This document shows positions 40,051 through 50,046 of a DNA stretch of 64,000 bases, in pieces. The position numbers and the translations under genes were made by a program. The notes below the pieces were generated by a model. That model worked only from the letters and a program-made list of their open reading frames with translations, was not told the origin of the DNA and ran no database searches. Origin of the DNA: a virus (Duplodnaviria; Caudoviricetes). The stretch spans positions 2,209-66,208 of IMG/VR virus record IMGVR_UViG_3300047457_000974. One strand, given 5' to 3'. The stretch's first letter is position 1, and each line of letters opens with the position of its first letter.

Positions 40051-41385
40051 ATGGAGCCTGCGGTAATCATCGGCTACGCGAGGGTGAGCAGCGACGAGCA
40101 GGCCGATGCGCTGCCTGCCCAGATCAGCCGCCTGGCCAGCGCCGGCTGCACACGGCTGATCAGCGACATTGAATCTGGCCGCAGCAATGACCGCGATGGC
40201 CTGCTGGCGCTGATGGCCATGGTTCGAGCTGGCGAGGTTCGAGAGGTGGTGGTCGATCGGATGGATCGGCTAGGCCGCGATGCCGCCTATACCGATGCGC
40301 TGCTGGCTGAGTGTGGCGCGCATGGCGTGACCGTGAGGGCACTGGTGGGCGGCGTGATCGAGACGACTACGCCTCAGGGGTTTTTGATGGCTCGGCTGCA
40401 GACCAGCTTGGCCGAGATGGAGTCCCGTATGTTGAGTTTGCGCATCCGCCGGCAATTCACGATCTATCGAGCAGAAGGTCGCCATCTGCGTCGTCGCAAG
40501 CCGTTTGGCTATTGCAATGGTCCAAATCATCGCTTAGCACCGGATCCGGACCAGTGGTCAGAAGCGCTGCAAATCTTGCAGGAACTGCGGATGATCGGGT
40601 CATTTTCTGGGGTGGCGAGCCGTCTGCCGAACTGGTGCAGCTGGACTCCAGCACCGGGCAGCTTGCAGAACTGGTTCTGCAACCCCGTCATCCGCGGGCA
40701 CATCGGCCATCACCTCGACAGGCGGTCTGGCCGTGGTTGGCAGCAGCGCTGGGGTGAGATCCGCCGCGATCAGCATCCGCCGTTGATCACAGATGCGGAC
40801 TGGCACGATCTGGCGGCAATGCTGCGCCGGCCGCGCAACCGGTTTCTGGGCGGCGGCAACACCGAAACCCGCCATGGGCTGACCGGACTGTTGCGTTGCT
40901 GTTGTTGCGGCCACCTGCTGCGGCGCAATAGCTCTGCGGGAGTGGTCTGGTGGCGGTGCCGCCATCGGTTGTGCCAGGACCGCGGGGCGATTCGGGAAAC
41001 GATTGTGCTGCCGGTTGCTGTGAGTGCGTGTGCGCAGGAGGCACGGCGACTAGCCCAGTTGGCTGCAGCACCGCAATCGACCGATCCGGAAGTAGCGGCA
41101 ATGGTCGCAGAGCTAGAGTTAATGCAACAGATGTCGGCGCGCAATCCCGGCAATCGCGCCATGGCTGCAGCAGTGGCGGAACAGCAGCAACGAATTGACG
41201 CCATACAACAAAGCGACCACCAGCCGGCAAGCCCGGAGGTAGTCGCGATGTTGCAGGATCCTGCGTTTTTTACCGGGGCGACACCGGAGCAGCAACGGGT
41301 GTTGTTTGCGGCGGTTTTGTCGTCGTTGTCGATCGGTCGCGGTGTTGTTGCCTCCATTCAGGCTCGAAATCTCGCAACCGGCTGA
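40051..41385 (+). CDS. Large serine recombinase (integrase)
   Basis: IGYARVSS, DRMDRLGR, PFGY, HPPLIT, LTGLLRCCCCG zinc ribbon, coiled coil. Confidence 0.93.
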   Translation: MEPAVIIGYARVSSDEQADALPAQISRLASAGCTRLISDIESGRSNDRDGLLALMAMVRAGEVREVVVDRMDRLGRDAAYTDALLAECGAHGVTVRALVGGVIETTTPQGFLMARLQTSLAEMESRMLSLRIRRQFTIYRAEGRHLRRRKPFGYCNGPNHRLAPDPDQWSEALQILQELRMIGSFSGVASRLPNWCSWTPAPGSLQNWFCNPVIRGHIGHHLDRRSGRGWQQRWGEIRRDQHPPLITDADWHDLAAMLRRPRNRFLGGGNTETRHGLTGLLRCCCCGHLLRRNSSAGVVWWRCRHRLCQDRGAIRETIVLPVAVSACAQEARRLAQLAAAPQSTDPEVAAMVAELELMQQMSARNPGNRAMAAAVAEQQQRIDAIQQSDHQPASPEVVAMLQDPAFFTGATPEQQRVLFAAVLSSLSIGRGVVASIQARNLATG

Positions 41386-41406
41386 GCAGTGCTTCTCGTA
41401 GTGTCA

Positions 41407-41664
41407 TCATTTGTCTAGCTGAAACACTGAACAGTTTTTGGCGAAGGCAAGACCTTCTCTTTCTGGTTCTGGCAGCCCGATGGTGCAGCGACCGTCGATC
41501 CATTGAATGCAGTCAAGGCAGCTGATAGCGACAGGGTCAACGTTCATCCACTCCAGCCAGCTGTAGTTGCAGGATCTACAGGTAATCTGGCGACGAATGT
41601 TGCCATTTACATTGCGCCTAGTTTCCAGGATCCTGGCCGATCCTGTGCAGTTGGGGCACTTCAT
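41407..41664 (-). CDS. Zinc-ribbon protein (NrdR N-terminal-like)
   Basis: MKCPNC...ILETRR...IRRQITCRSC plus a second Cys cluster. Confidence 0.7.
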   Translation of the reverse strand: MKCPNCTGSARILETRRNVNGNIRRQITCRSCNYSWLEWMNVDPVAISCLDCIQWIDGRCTIGLPEPEREGLAFAKNCSVFQLDK

Positions 41665-42173
41665 CCGCGGCTCCCCTGTACTGTTGCATCGCCGTTGTAC
41701 CGGCCGGTGATGGCATAACTGCGGCGCGGTGCAGAGCAGGAATGAAAAACAATCTGACCGACTCGCATGCCGGGCCACAGCGGCAACCAGTGGAGTTGTC
41801 GGTTGTTGCGCAGCTCTAGTGTCAGCACAGACTGATGCCAGCCTGGATCAAGCCATACTGCCAGGGCCTGATCGGCGCCCTCTCGTGCTCGGCTGGATTT
41901 GAGGCGAAACTCACCGGCCACGGTGTTCGGCATGCTGAATGTCTCCATGGTTGGCGCCAGCACAAATTGCCCTGGTCGCCACTGGTAGGGACATGCTTCG
42001 GTATGGCGGTGCAGCGGATACGGAACCAGAGCCAGTGATTCTGCGGATTCAATCAACAGGGTATCGCCGAGCCTTACATCCAGGCTGGCTGGATTGAGCA
42101 GACTAGGCTCGAATGGTGTCACCATGCCGGCGCGACACAGTGTCTCGATCTGGTAATCGACGAGAATAGACAT
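41661..42173 (-). CDS. dcd: dCTP deaminase
   Basis: LNPASLDVRLG, LKSSRAREG, DPGW..VLTLEL, GMRVGQIVF. Confidence 0.92.
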   Translation of the reverse strand: MSILVDYQIETLCRAGMVTPFEPSLLNPASLDVRLGDTLLIESAESLALVPYPLHRHTEACPYQWRPGQFVLAPTMETFSMPNTVAGEFRLKSSRAREGADQALAVWLDPGWHQSVLTLELRNNRQLHWLPLWPGMRVGQIVFHSCSAPRRSYAITGRYNGDATVQGSRG

Positions 42174-42418
42174 CAGCGTCGATCCTGTTGTTGCTGACTG
42201 GCCTGCAGCAGGAACCTGGCCCAGCCGATGTGAGTCATCAGCGCATGGGTGCCGGGCGGCGTGGGATAAGACTGCTGCCACCAGGTGCGGAATAGAACTT
42301 CTAGTTGAGAGTCGGTTGGGTTAAACATGCGCAATACAGTGGTGAGCGAAACTGCAACGAATAGACCTAGTAGGGTGCCGCACGTCAGGCCATGCAGCCA
42401 GGCGATCGTCGGCGTCAT
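42173..42418 (-). CDS. Hypothetical protein
   Basis: Coupled ORF between thyX and dcd. Confidence 0.5.
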   Translation of the reverse strand: MTPTIAWLHGLTCGTLLGLFVAVSLTTVLRMFNPTDSQLEVLFRTWWQQSYPTPPGTHALMTHIGWARFLLQASQQQQDRR

Positions 42419-43140
42419 GGCGCTAATCGAGCCCTGCCGTACCTGGTGGTCAGATACCAGCCGGCAATCTCCGGCGCCCATGCCTGCAGATGCGGCAGCA
42501 TCAGCTGGCACAGATCGCGGATCTCCTGCTGCGCATCGGCCTTCGCCCGTAGGTCGAGGAAGTGGAGCAGCGCCCGCAGGGTGAAGCTGACGACGAAGTG
42601 CTGGCGCACGTCGAACGGCAGGATGCCGCGGGCGTGCTCTTCGGCCGCGCCATTGGCGAGCCGCTGCGCATAGCGCTCGGCGGCCATGCGACACAGCTCC
42701 AGGTCCGCGTAGCGATCCTCTGCCGTGTACTCATACCGCTTTCCCTGTCGGTCGCTGTAGCTGCCCACCGGGCGGAGGTAGATCACCTGCTCCAAGGGGA
42801 GCTCACCCCGGGCAGCAGCGCAGATCCGCTGGCCGGTGTAGCGCATTGACTGCACATCGAAGCTCACCCCCACCCGATGGGTGCGGGCCTGCTGCATCAC
42901 CGAATGGGGAAACCATCCGACGTTGAGCACGATCTGGGCATGCTCCAACGGGCCGTAATGGCCCCTCTCCCCCGCCAGGAGCCGCTTTACGCAGGTCTCA
43001 CCCGCCTGATGCTCATCGGGCCAGCTGTCCCGGTCGGCGGCGACAAAGCCCTCGCTGTAGTCCTGGTGCATCGCCGCATAGACGCATTGCTGCGGATTGG
43101 GCGTGGCGGTGATCAGATCAACCCGGAAGCGCGGATCCAT
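42415..43140 (-). CDS. thyX: Flavin-dependent thymidylate synthase
   Basis: GHYGPLEH, QQARTHRVGVSFDVQSMRYT, LDLRAKADAQQEI (cyanobacterial type). Confidence 0.95.
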   Translation of the reverse strand: MDPRFRVDLITATPNPQQCVYAAMHQDYSEGFVAADRDSWPDEHQAGETCVKRLLAGERGHYGPLEHAQIVLNVGWFPHSVMQQARTHRVGVSFDVQSMRYTGQRICAAARGELPLEQVIYLRPVGSYSDRQGKRYEYTAEDRYADLELCRMAAERYAQRLANGAAEEHARGILPFDVRQHFVVSFTLRALLHFLDLRAKADAQQEIRDLCQLMLPHLQAWAPEIAGWYLTTRYGRARLAP

Positions 43141-44174
43141 CACGAGGCCTCCATGAGCCGAACCAGTGCAGCATTGGGATGCCGAGCACGGCAAAACTGC
43201 AGCGCCTGGTCACCGTTCATGGCTCGAACGTAGCTGTACAGCGGTGATTGGTTTCTGGTCAGCACTTCAACCCAGTACATGGATGAGCCGGGTTCACTGC
43301 ATCTGGTGATGCCCTCGCCCAGTACGTCAGGCTGATTCGGGTCTTTGATGAGAAACTTCTTGAATGCCATTTGTCGAATTGGTAGTGGTCCAGTTTGCAC
43401 ACCAGTTGTTTGGCTGCACGGCACGGAACGGGGAGGAGATGAGCGAGCATTCCAACCCCAATTCCGTTGCGATAACGTGTCTGCAGGTTGCGCAGACGGT
43501 AATCACTTTTGACGGTGCTGAGTGGATTGCCTATCGTGATGCAGTACGGCAATGCCAGTCACTGCAACAACGACAAGAAAAGCAGTGATAATTGCATTGC
43601 CAATTCGCTGCTGAGCTGCAGCGGCTTTACGACCACGTTGAATCACCGTATCTGTAGGCAGGTGGCTATAGGGTGAGCTGGGTGATGCCGAGCAGGGTTG
43701 CGGTCGGGAAGCGATGTCGAAACGTTTGGATGACATCTTCAATCGTGAAACCTGTTGGACACGTCCATTCGAGCTGTTCATTGGTTTTGAGTTGAGAGAT
43801 GTATTGAATAAGAACGATCATCAGACCAGCTCCTTGCCTGTCATCGACGGAAGGCTCCAGGCGCTGGCGTCCGGGCACTGGGTGGCATTGACCAGGTCGT
43901 CCGCGATGGCGCGGCACTGCCGGGCCAGCTCGTCGGCCAGCTCCTTGGGCAGTGGCAGGGAGTCATCCCAGGCGTTGTCGCCCACGGCTCGCGCAGTGAC
44001 GTGCGCGGCATCGATCAGGGCCATCAGCAGCGGGATCAACGGCTGCTGCTTGGTGGCCAGTCGGACGGCATCAGGCAGCTGGAAGCGGGCGGCGGCATCG
44101 GCAGGCATGGCGGCGCGAGCGGCCTGCAGCACCGCGTCGCTCATGGCGGCTTCGCATTCGAGGGCTGTGGACAT
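43140..44174 (-). CDS. Cluster of small hypothetical ORFs (43140-43370, 43503-43781, 43666-43821, 43821-44174)
   Basis: Short minus-strand ORFs, some overlapping; exact boundaries uncertain. Confidence 0.4.
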
Positions 44175-44209
44175 GGGGTGGCGTGGTGGGTGAACGGTGG
44201 AATCATGGC

Positions 44210-44231
44210 GCTCCGGTTACGTTACCGAAGC
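44210..44231. promoter_or_regulatory. 22-bp palindromic operator
   Basis: GCTCCGGTTACGTTACCGAAGC, intergenic, upstream of 44174(-). Confidence 0.75.
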
Positions 44232-44247
44232 AGTTGGTGGTAATCGG

Positions 44248-44796
44248 TTACCGGATCGTCCAGCTGCGGCGCTCCACCAGGGATGCGCCTGGCACGTCGG
44301 CACCGGCCGCTAGGGCAGCCTTGATGGCAGTCTTGTCAGCGCTGTAGGTGGTCTTGACCCGGTAGAGACCATCGGGCAGGTCCACCGGCGCCACGTCGGG
44401 ATCGAGCTCCACGCTGACGGTGCGGCGGCTGGTGAGCTTGTGCTCTGGCAGTGGCCAGGTGGTGCGGTCCGGGTCGATCCGCTGCAGGGCATCCGTCAGC
44501 CGGTCCTGCAGCACGTCAGCGCGATGCTCGGCATCGGTGGCCAGCTCCGCCAGGCGGCGGGCGTGATCGCGTTGCGTAGCGGCCGTGGCCCGCAGTTGAT
44601 CGATCACCCAGCACCACGCGTCGGCCTTCGCCTCCAGTGCCTTGCGGTTGTCAGCCTCGCTGCTGATCAACGCCTCCAGTTCAGTAGTGGCGGCTGCCAC
44701 CTCTGCGGGATCGTCGCTGAACAGATGCTCGGCGGCGGTGTTGATGCGGGCCTGGATCAGCAGGGCGTCACCAGTGAGGGCATAAAGGGAGGTCAT
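44248..44796 (-). CDS. Siphovirus Gp157-family protein
   Basis: MTSLYALT..., KADAW, DKTAIKAAL..GADVPGA.L. Confidence 0.85.
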   Translation of the reverse strand: MTSLYALTGDALLIQARINTAAEHLFSDDPAEVAAATTELEALISSEADNRKALEAKADAWCWVIDQLRATAATQRDHARRLAELATDAEHRADVLQDRLTDALQRIDPDRTTWPLPEHKLTSRRTVSVELDPDVAPVDLPDGLYRVKTTYSADKTAIKAALAAGADVPGASLVERRSWTIR

Positions 44797-44798
44797 GA

Positions 44799-45200
44799 CT
44801 AGAAGGGTTTGGAATAAGCGATGACGTAGTAGCAGCGATGCCTGGGCTGGAATAAATCAGGCATCCGGCTTACGGCATTTCCGAGTGTCGTTTGCCACCT
44901 AGGACGCTTGTCGACAATCTCCAAATCCCGTGGCAGTAGCTGGATGTTGCTTTGCACGAAGTCTTGCAAAACCTTGATGTGGATAGGGTTGCGACCGAAT
45001 CGCTCCAGCAATTCGTCCCTGCGCTCCCAGAGAAAGTCACGCAACGCCGGGGCGCTGTGCTGAAGCCTTGGCGCTAACGGTTGAGTCGCCGCAGGGTTGT
45101 TGCTGCTCGTATCAGACAGAACCTGGAAAAGCGCTTCTTTAGCGAGCGGCTCAAAACGGGTCCACAAGGCCTGGAACTCAAGCGGTGTCATCAGCGGCAC
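44799..45200 (-). CDS. Hypothetical protein
   Basis: 133 aa, lower GC. Confidence 0.5.
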   Translation of the reverse strand: MPLMTPLEFQALWTRFEPLAKEALFQVLSDTSSNNPAATQPLAPRLQHSAPALRDFLWERRDELLERFGRNPIHIKVLQDFVQSNIQLLPRDLEIVDKRPRWQTTLGNAVSRMPDLFQPRHRCYYVIAYSKPF

Positions 45201-45484
45201 AGCGATGGGTTGCGTTCGGCGGCGGTCAGGGCCTCGATGCCGTCCGGTGGATCGATCGGCTCGTGGTCATCCTGCAGCTCCCAAGCCGGCGCCTGGGGCA
45301 GGGCATCGGCTGGCAGCCAGTGGGTATCGCAGCCCCAGGGCTCGGCGGCCAGGCTCCACGTGGGGTGGTAGGGCTCACGGGTCTGTGGATCACTGATCAG
45401 CCCGTGGCCCCACCAGCAGCGACCGCAATGGTCGCGATCACCGGGGGCGGGCATGGTCTCGTCAATCAGGGTCGGTTTGGGCAT
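45191..45484 (-). CDS. Hypothetical protein
   Basis: CCACCACGCCACC leader; THWLP and LTAAERNPSL motifs. Confidence 0.6.
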   Translation of the reverse strand: MPKPTLIDETMPAPGDRDHCGRCWWGHGLISDPQTREPYHPTWSLAAEPWGCDTHWLPADALPQAPAWELQDDHEPIDPPDGIEALTAAERNPSLCR

Positions 45485-45513
45485 GGTGGCGTGGTGGATG
45501 GTGCAGCAGCATT

Positions 45514-45535
45514 GCTGCTGTATCGAAACAGTAGC
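45514..45535. promoter_or_regulatory. 22-bp palindromic operator, symmetric variant
   Basis: GCTGCTGTATCGAAACAGTAGC; both arms changed symmetrically (CTGT/ACAG). Confidence 0.7.
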
Positions 45536-45600
45536 GCAACGGTGCCGTAGCAGGCAATTGCAGGGCTTGGCCGCAGCGGCAGCTTGCTGAGGTGGGAATC

Positions 45601-45630
45601 AAGCCCTGGTTGCAGCACCAGGGCTTTTTT
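45601..45630 (+). terminator. Intrinsic terminator with the U-tract on the + strand
   Basis: AAGCCCTGGT-TGCAGC-ACCAGGGCTT-TTTT. Confidence 0.75.
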
Positions 45631-45650
45631 TGGCTCAGCGGCCTGGAGGA

Positions 45651-48139
45651 TCAGCCGGCGAGCACCAGCGGATACAGCCGAGCGATCAGCCGTTCCAGCG
45701 CCTCGCGCAGGGCAGCAAGGCCGGCGGTGATCGGGGCAACGGCCGGCAGGGGCTGTGCTGCCACCAGCACGGCCGAGCGATCAGCCACGACCATCAGTTG
45801 GCGGCGGCTCCACTGCCCGGCGCGGTAGCAGCGCTCCGCCTGGTAGCGAGTCCACCGGCCGGCGGTGAAGGTGGCGGCGATGGTGGCGACGACGGCAGCG
45901 CGGATCTGCTCGCGGTGCTCGTAGGCGATGGCGGCCAGCAGGGCCAGGCCTGCGGTGATCAGCTGAGCGGCGATCCGGCAGGCGCGGAAGCCGGCAGCGG
46001 TGTGGTTGGCATAGGTGGCCCAGGGGAGAGCCTGCAGGCGGGCCAGGGCGGCCCGGAGGGTCGTGGTGGTCATGGTGGGAAATGCTTGTGGGGTGATCGC
46101 CGGGGCCAACTCAGGGCCTCACCGGTGATGGGGAGAGTGTAGCCTGCCAGGGTCGCTGGGGTGGTTCCTGGCGATGGCATCGGGTTCGCCCGGTGTGGTG
46201 GTGGGGAGCCTCTCGGGGCTCCCCTGCACCACAATCAGGCTGCGAGCCAGGCGCGGGCCTCGGTTTCGGTCATTGCGTCGGTGACCGGCCAGCTGTCCAC
46301 CTGCAGGCAGGTGACGCGCTCCCATGAGTAGCCGAACCAGGCGCCGGCGATCTGATCGCGGCGAATGGTGCGGCCAGAGGGCTTGAGTGGATTGGTGGAG
46401 ATGACGCGGGCGGCGGTCATGGCGGTAGCGGTGTGGTGGTGTGGTGGTTGGCCGGGATTGGTTGCGGCTCCCGGCGGGCCGCGCCATCAGGCGTCCCGCT
46501 CCAGCTCGTCCAGCTGGGCGGCGATGGCGGCCTGTTCCGCCTCGATCGCGTCGAGTGCCGCGGTGTTCTCGGCGGAGAGCGCCTGCAACGCTGCCAGTTG
46601 GCCGCTGATGGAGTGGACCGGCACCGGCCGCGCCAGCAGCGCATCGAGCCGGGCGCTCGTCTCGGTCCAGGCCGCCTCCATGGCGTCGATCTCCGCCATC
46701 AGCGCGTCGATGTCGGTGGTGGGGGTGGCGGTGTCCATGGCGGATGGCGGTGGTGGTGGTGTGGTGGTTGACCGGGATTGGAGACGGCTCCCGGCGGGCC
46801 GTGGGCGGGTCAGCGTTGCTGCACCCGGTACACGCGGAAACTACCGCGCTGCAACTGTTGCCAGGCCTCGATGGCCTCGGCCTCGGTGTCGTGCTCGCTA
46901 ACCAGCACCTCGGTTCCAGCATCGACGACACGCCAGGGCAGCGAGTAGGTGAGGGGGGTGTGAGCCATGGATTTTCCAGGGTGGTGTGGTGGTCGGGATC
47001 GCTCCCGATGCACATACATTAGCCCGTAGCGTGACAACCGGCAGCCACTGCCAGGGCCAGTTCACACATCGTCACGCTTCCGGCGCTTCTGGGCATTGAC
47101 GACGCGGCGCAGTCGATCGGCGCGGCCCTCGGGGGTCAGGGCCAACCAGCAGGCGCGGCACAGCGGCGTGTGGCGCCCACGGTGGGGCTTGCCGCATGTG
47201 ACGCATAGGAGCGGTTCAGCTGGCGGCAGCTCCCCCCGCTCGCGGGCTCGCTGGCGCCGCTTGCGCTCGGCGGGTGTGTCGGGACTCACGAAGATGGCGT
47301 GGTGGGAATGGGTGCCGGGATGGGCTCCCGGCGGGCCGTGGGGATGGGTCAGGCAGCGGCGTCGCGGACGACTGCAACGCGCAGCGTGCCGCCGCACAAG
47401 CGGTTCGCCAGCGCCCGGAGAGCGTTCGCGTCGGTGCGGGTGCGGAATGTATCGGCGCTCGTGATGCGGCAGAGCTCAGGCAGGCGGTTGGGGTTCAGGC
47501 GGACGCCGAACGTCCAGCGGCTGCCGTCGTGACACTCGACTCGGTAGGTGGTGTTGGCCATGGGTCCTGTGTGGTGTGGGTGGTGGTGTGCCGGGATGGG
47601 CTCCCGGCGGGCCGTGATGAGTCAGAACGAGTGGTGGTCGTGGATGGTGTTGTCTGCAGGGCGCAAGCCTTTGCCGCGCAGATCGCTGTAGCGCTGGCGC
47701 ATGATGCCGATCCAGTTGCAGCCAGAAGACAGGAGCTGCCAGTTGCCGGCGTCGTCTTTGACGTAACGGCGGCAGTAGGCCTGATGGCCGCCGCAAGGCT
47801 GAAACTCGTAGCGCGCTTGGCCATTGACGGTTTCAAGCGCGAAGTAGGCGGGGAAGGTGGCGGTGGTCATGGCCGGTGGTGTGGTGGTGGTGTGGTGGTT
47901 GGCCGGGATTGGAGACGGCTCCCGGCGGGCCGTGGAAGCGATCAGGGCCCGTTGCCCTCCAGGCAATCCTCCAGAGAGGCGCAGGCGCTGACCAGTTCGG
48001 CGATCAGCGGGTGTGCGTCCTCGATGACGGCCCATTGCGCATCGCTGTAGGCGTCGCGGATCGCCTGCATCGCATTCGCGACATCGGCGCTGGCTTCAAC
48101 AACGTGAGCCAGATGGATCAGGGAATTGGCGAGGCTCAT
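45651..48139 (-). CDS. Array of eight small early ORFs: 45651-46073, 46235-46420, 46487-46738, 46810-46968, 47062-47289 (Cys-rich, basic), 47349-47561, 47622-47870, 47942-48139
   Basis: Each begins after a CCA-rich leader and most end a few bases before a repeat hairpin. Confidence 0.7.
46421..47934 (-). repeat. Intergenic hairpin-plus-CCA-tract repeat (five full copies, one short variant)
   Basis: + strand CCGGGA-n-GCTCCCGGCGGGCCG at 46452, 46772, 47315, 47591 and 47903; variant TCGGGATCGCTCCCGA at 46993. Confidence 0.92.
47015..47035 (-). promoter_or_regulatory. Duplicated putative early promoter (second copy near 48165-48185)
   Basis: ACATTAGCCCGTAGCGTGACA occurs at both heads of the small-ORF array. 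Confidence 0.65.
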
Positions 48140-48212
48140 GGGGTGGTGGTGCGGTGGCTTCACCACATTAGCCCGTAGCGTGACAGGGTGGCAACCCTGC
48201 CGGCCGGTCAGC

Positions 48213-48506
48213 TCACCATTTCGCTCGATCCGCCCAGTACGCAGCGCTCATCTTCCCCTTCGCGATGTTCTTCGCGTGCCTGGCCTTGAAACTCGCCCGC
48301 CGGGCCTTGGCCGCCGCGCTCTCCCCCTTGCGGGCCGGGCTGCCGGTCACTCCCTGCTGGCCGAACCGGATCAGCTGGTAGCGGCCACCATCGGCCGCCA
48401 TCACCATGTGGCTCTTGGTGGGGTGCTTCGGCGTGCGCTTCGGCTTGTTGACGCCCTCCAGGCCCAGGCGGGCCATGGTGGCGCGGACGCGTTCGGGGAC
48501 TGTCAT
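48213..48506 (-). CDS. Conserved basic viral protein (IRFGQQG...RRASFKARH...SAAYWA)
   Basis: Recognisable motif family of unknown function; late octamer at 48513-48520, 6 nt before the ATG. Confidence 0.75.
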   Translation of the reverse strand: MTVPERVRATMARLGLEGVNKPKRTPKHPTKSHMVMAADGGRYQLIRFGQQGVTGSPARKGESAAAKARRASFKARHAKNIAKGKMSAAYWADRAKW

Positions 48507-50046
48507 GTAGGCAGGTTGCCGGCCTCCATCAACTCCTCAGACACCATCTCAAGCCAGGCTTTGCTCAGGTGCTGCCCCTGCGCCATGCCCTGCTCAAACT
48601 CGTCTGGCGGCTCTCTGGTCAGCTCCTGAATAGGCAGGTGCTGCGCCAGGGCCCAGAGCATGTCCGCCGCCATGCACAAACGGGTCGGCTCGTGGTCGTA
48701 GCTGCGACGCATCGCAGACAGGACGGCCGCAGCGGCGGAGCTCAGCGGCGGGCGGTTGGGGTGGTCATGGTTGGGGTTCCGGGGTGGCGCTTGCAGGGTG
48801 AAACAGAGTGACAGAGGCCGGCAGGGAATAGCACCTACCTGTGTTCACATCGCCTGAAACAACAACAGAATCACTGCCCAGGTGAACGTCGATCACCTTG
48901 ACGGGTCCGTAGACATCATCACTGGCCATGTGTTGGTGCATAACCGACCGGCCAATCAGGGCCGCAAGCTGCGATGGGGTGCGGTTAATCATCACTTCAC
49001 CTCCCCCGCAGGCAGCGGCATGGGCGTGGGGCTTAAGTCAGCCTTGTTTTCCAGTTCCTGCAAGCGCTTCAGTGCGGCGCGGATGGTGTCAAACCGTTTG
49101 ATTTTCTTATGGCCTGTTACCGGCATGAGTAGAACCACAGTTCGCTCCAGCTCCTTCAACGCCAACTCCGCCACATCCCTCGCAGCCATCGGCGCGGGCG
49201 CAGCTTCATCGACCCGCTCGCCAATGACCTGCGCTGCCCAGGTCAACATCCCGGCGTCGGTTGGTTGGCCCGCATCTGCAGCCTGGCAGGCCTGTTCGGA
49301 CAGCCAGGCGATCAGCGAGCCAACCGCCTCGATGGATGGGCCAGGGCCGACCATTTTCGTGGCGTCAGGAGAATGGTGGCCCCAGCGGGCCAGGACGGCA
49401 CGGGCGAACTTAAAGGCGTCCAACGATTCGCCGGGCTCCCAGCCATCTTCGCGGAACCACATCGCCAGCAGGTCTTCATCGCTAGGCTCCCCAACGACGG
49501 AGGCCGGTTCCCTGCCCTCGGGCACAGCCGGTCCATCTGCCTCAGCGGCCAGGGCAGCGCGGGCGCGGTCAAGCAGAGCTTTGTAGGTGCCAGAGGCAGC
49601 CTCTCCTGTTGATGCCAGCCCATCGGCCATCTCCTCACACAGCGCTCTCCAATCAGTACTCATCGTGGTATCTCGGTGTGGTGGGTCTGATGTGAATGAT
49701 CTCCGCCGTGGGGTGCAGCTTCCGCCACAGCCAGCCGGCGGACCACTGGCCGTGGGCTTTGATCCGATAGTCGCGGGTGCGGGAGGCATCGAGCCTGACC
49801 GTCACCCACCAGTCGCACAGATCAGGACGCATCTCGCATCTGCTGTAGCAGCCGCTCAGCGGCCTCCAGCACCCACGGCAGCTCCTCGGGATCCAGCTCG
49901 ATCTCCTGATCTTCCTGCTGCAGGCGGATGAAGAAACCGCCGGCTCGATCGCCGGCCAGTTGCACCTTGACGGCCTTGTAGCTCAGGGGATCGTCCGTGG
50001 CCGAATGCACGGCGATGTCCGTGATGGTGGTGCGATGCTCAGCCAT
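48503..50046 (-). CDS. Hypothetical ORFs (48503-48712, 48765-48995, 48992-49663, 49822-50046)
   Basis: Coupled minus-strand ORFs; 48992-49663 contains ARAALA/FARAVLARWG motifs common in cyanophage hypotheticals. Confidence 0.5.

Noticed and set aside
46421-46450. GTGGTGG tracts as Chi recombination sites
   Set aside because: Their position is tied to start codons on either strand, favouring a translation-leader role; the host's Chi sequence is unknown to me.
46421-47934. CRISPR array or integron attC cassettes
   Set aside because: Spacers are 250-550 bp whole genes, repeats vary in loop length, no cas genes or tyrosine integron integrase are present, and no attC core-site pattern is evident.
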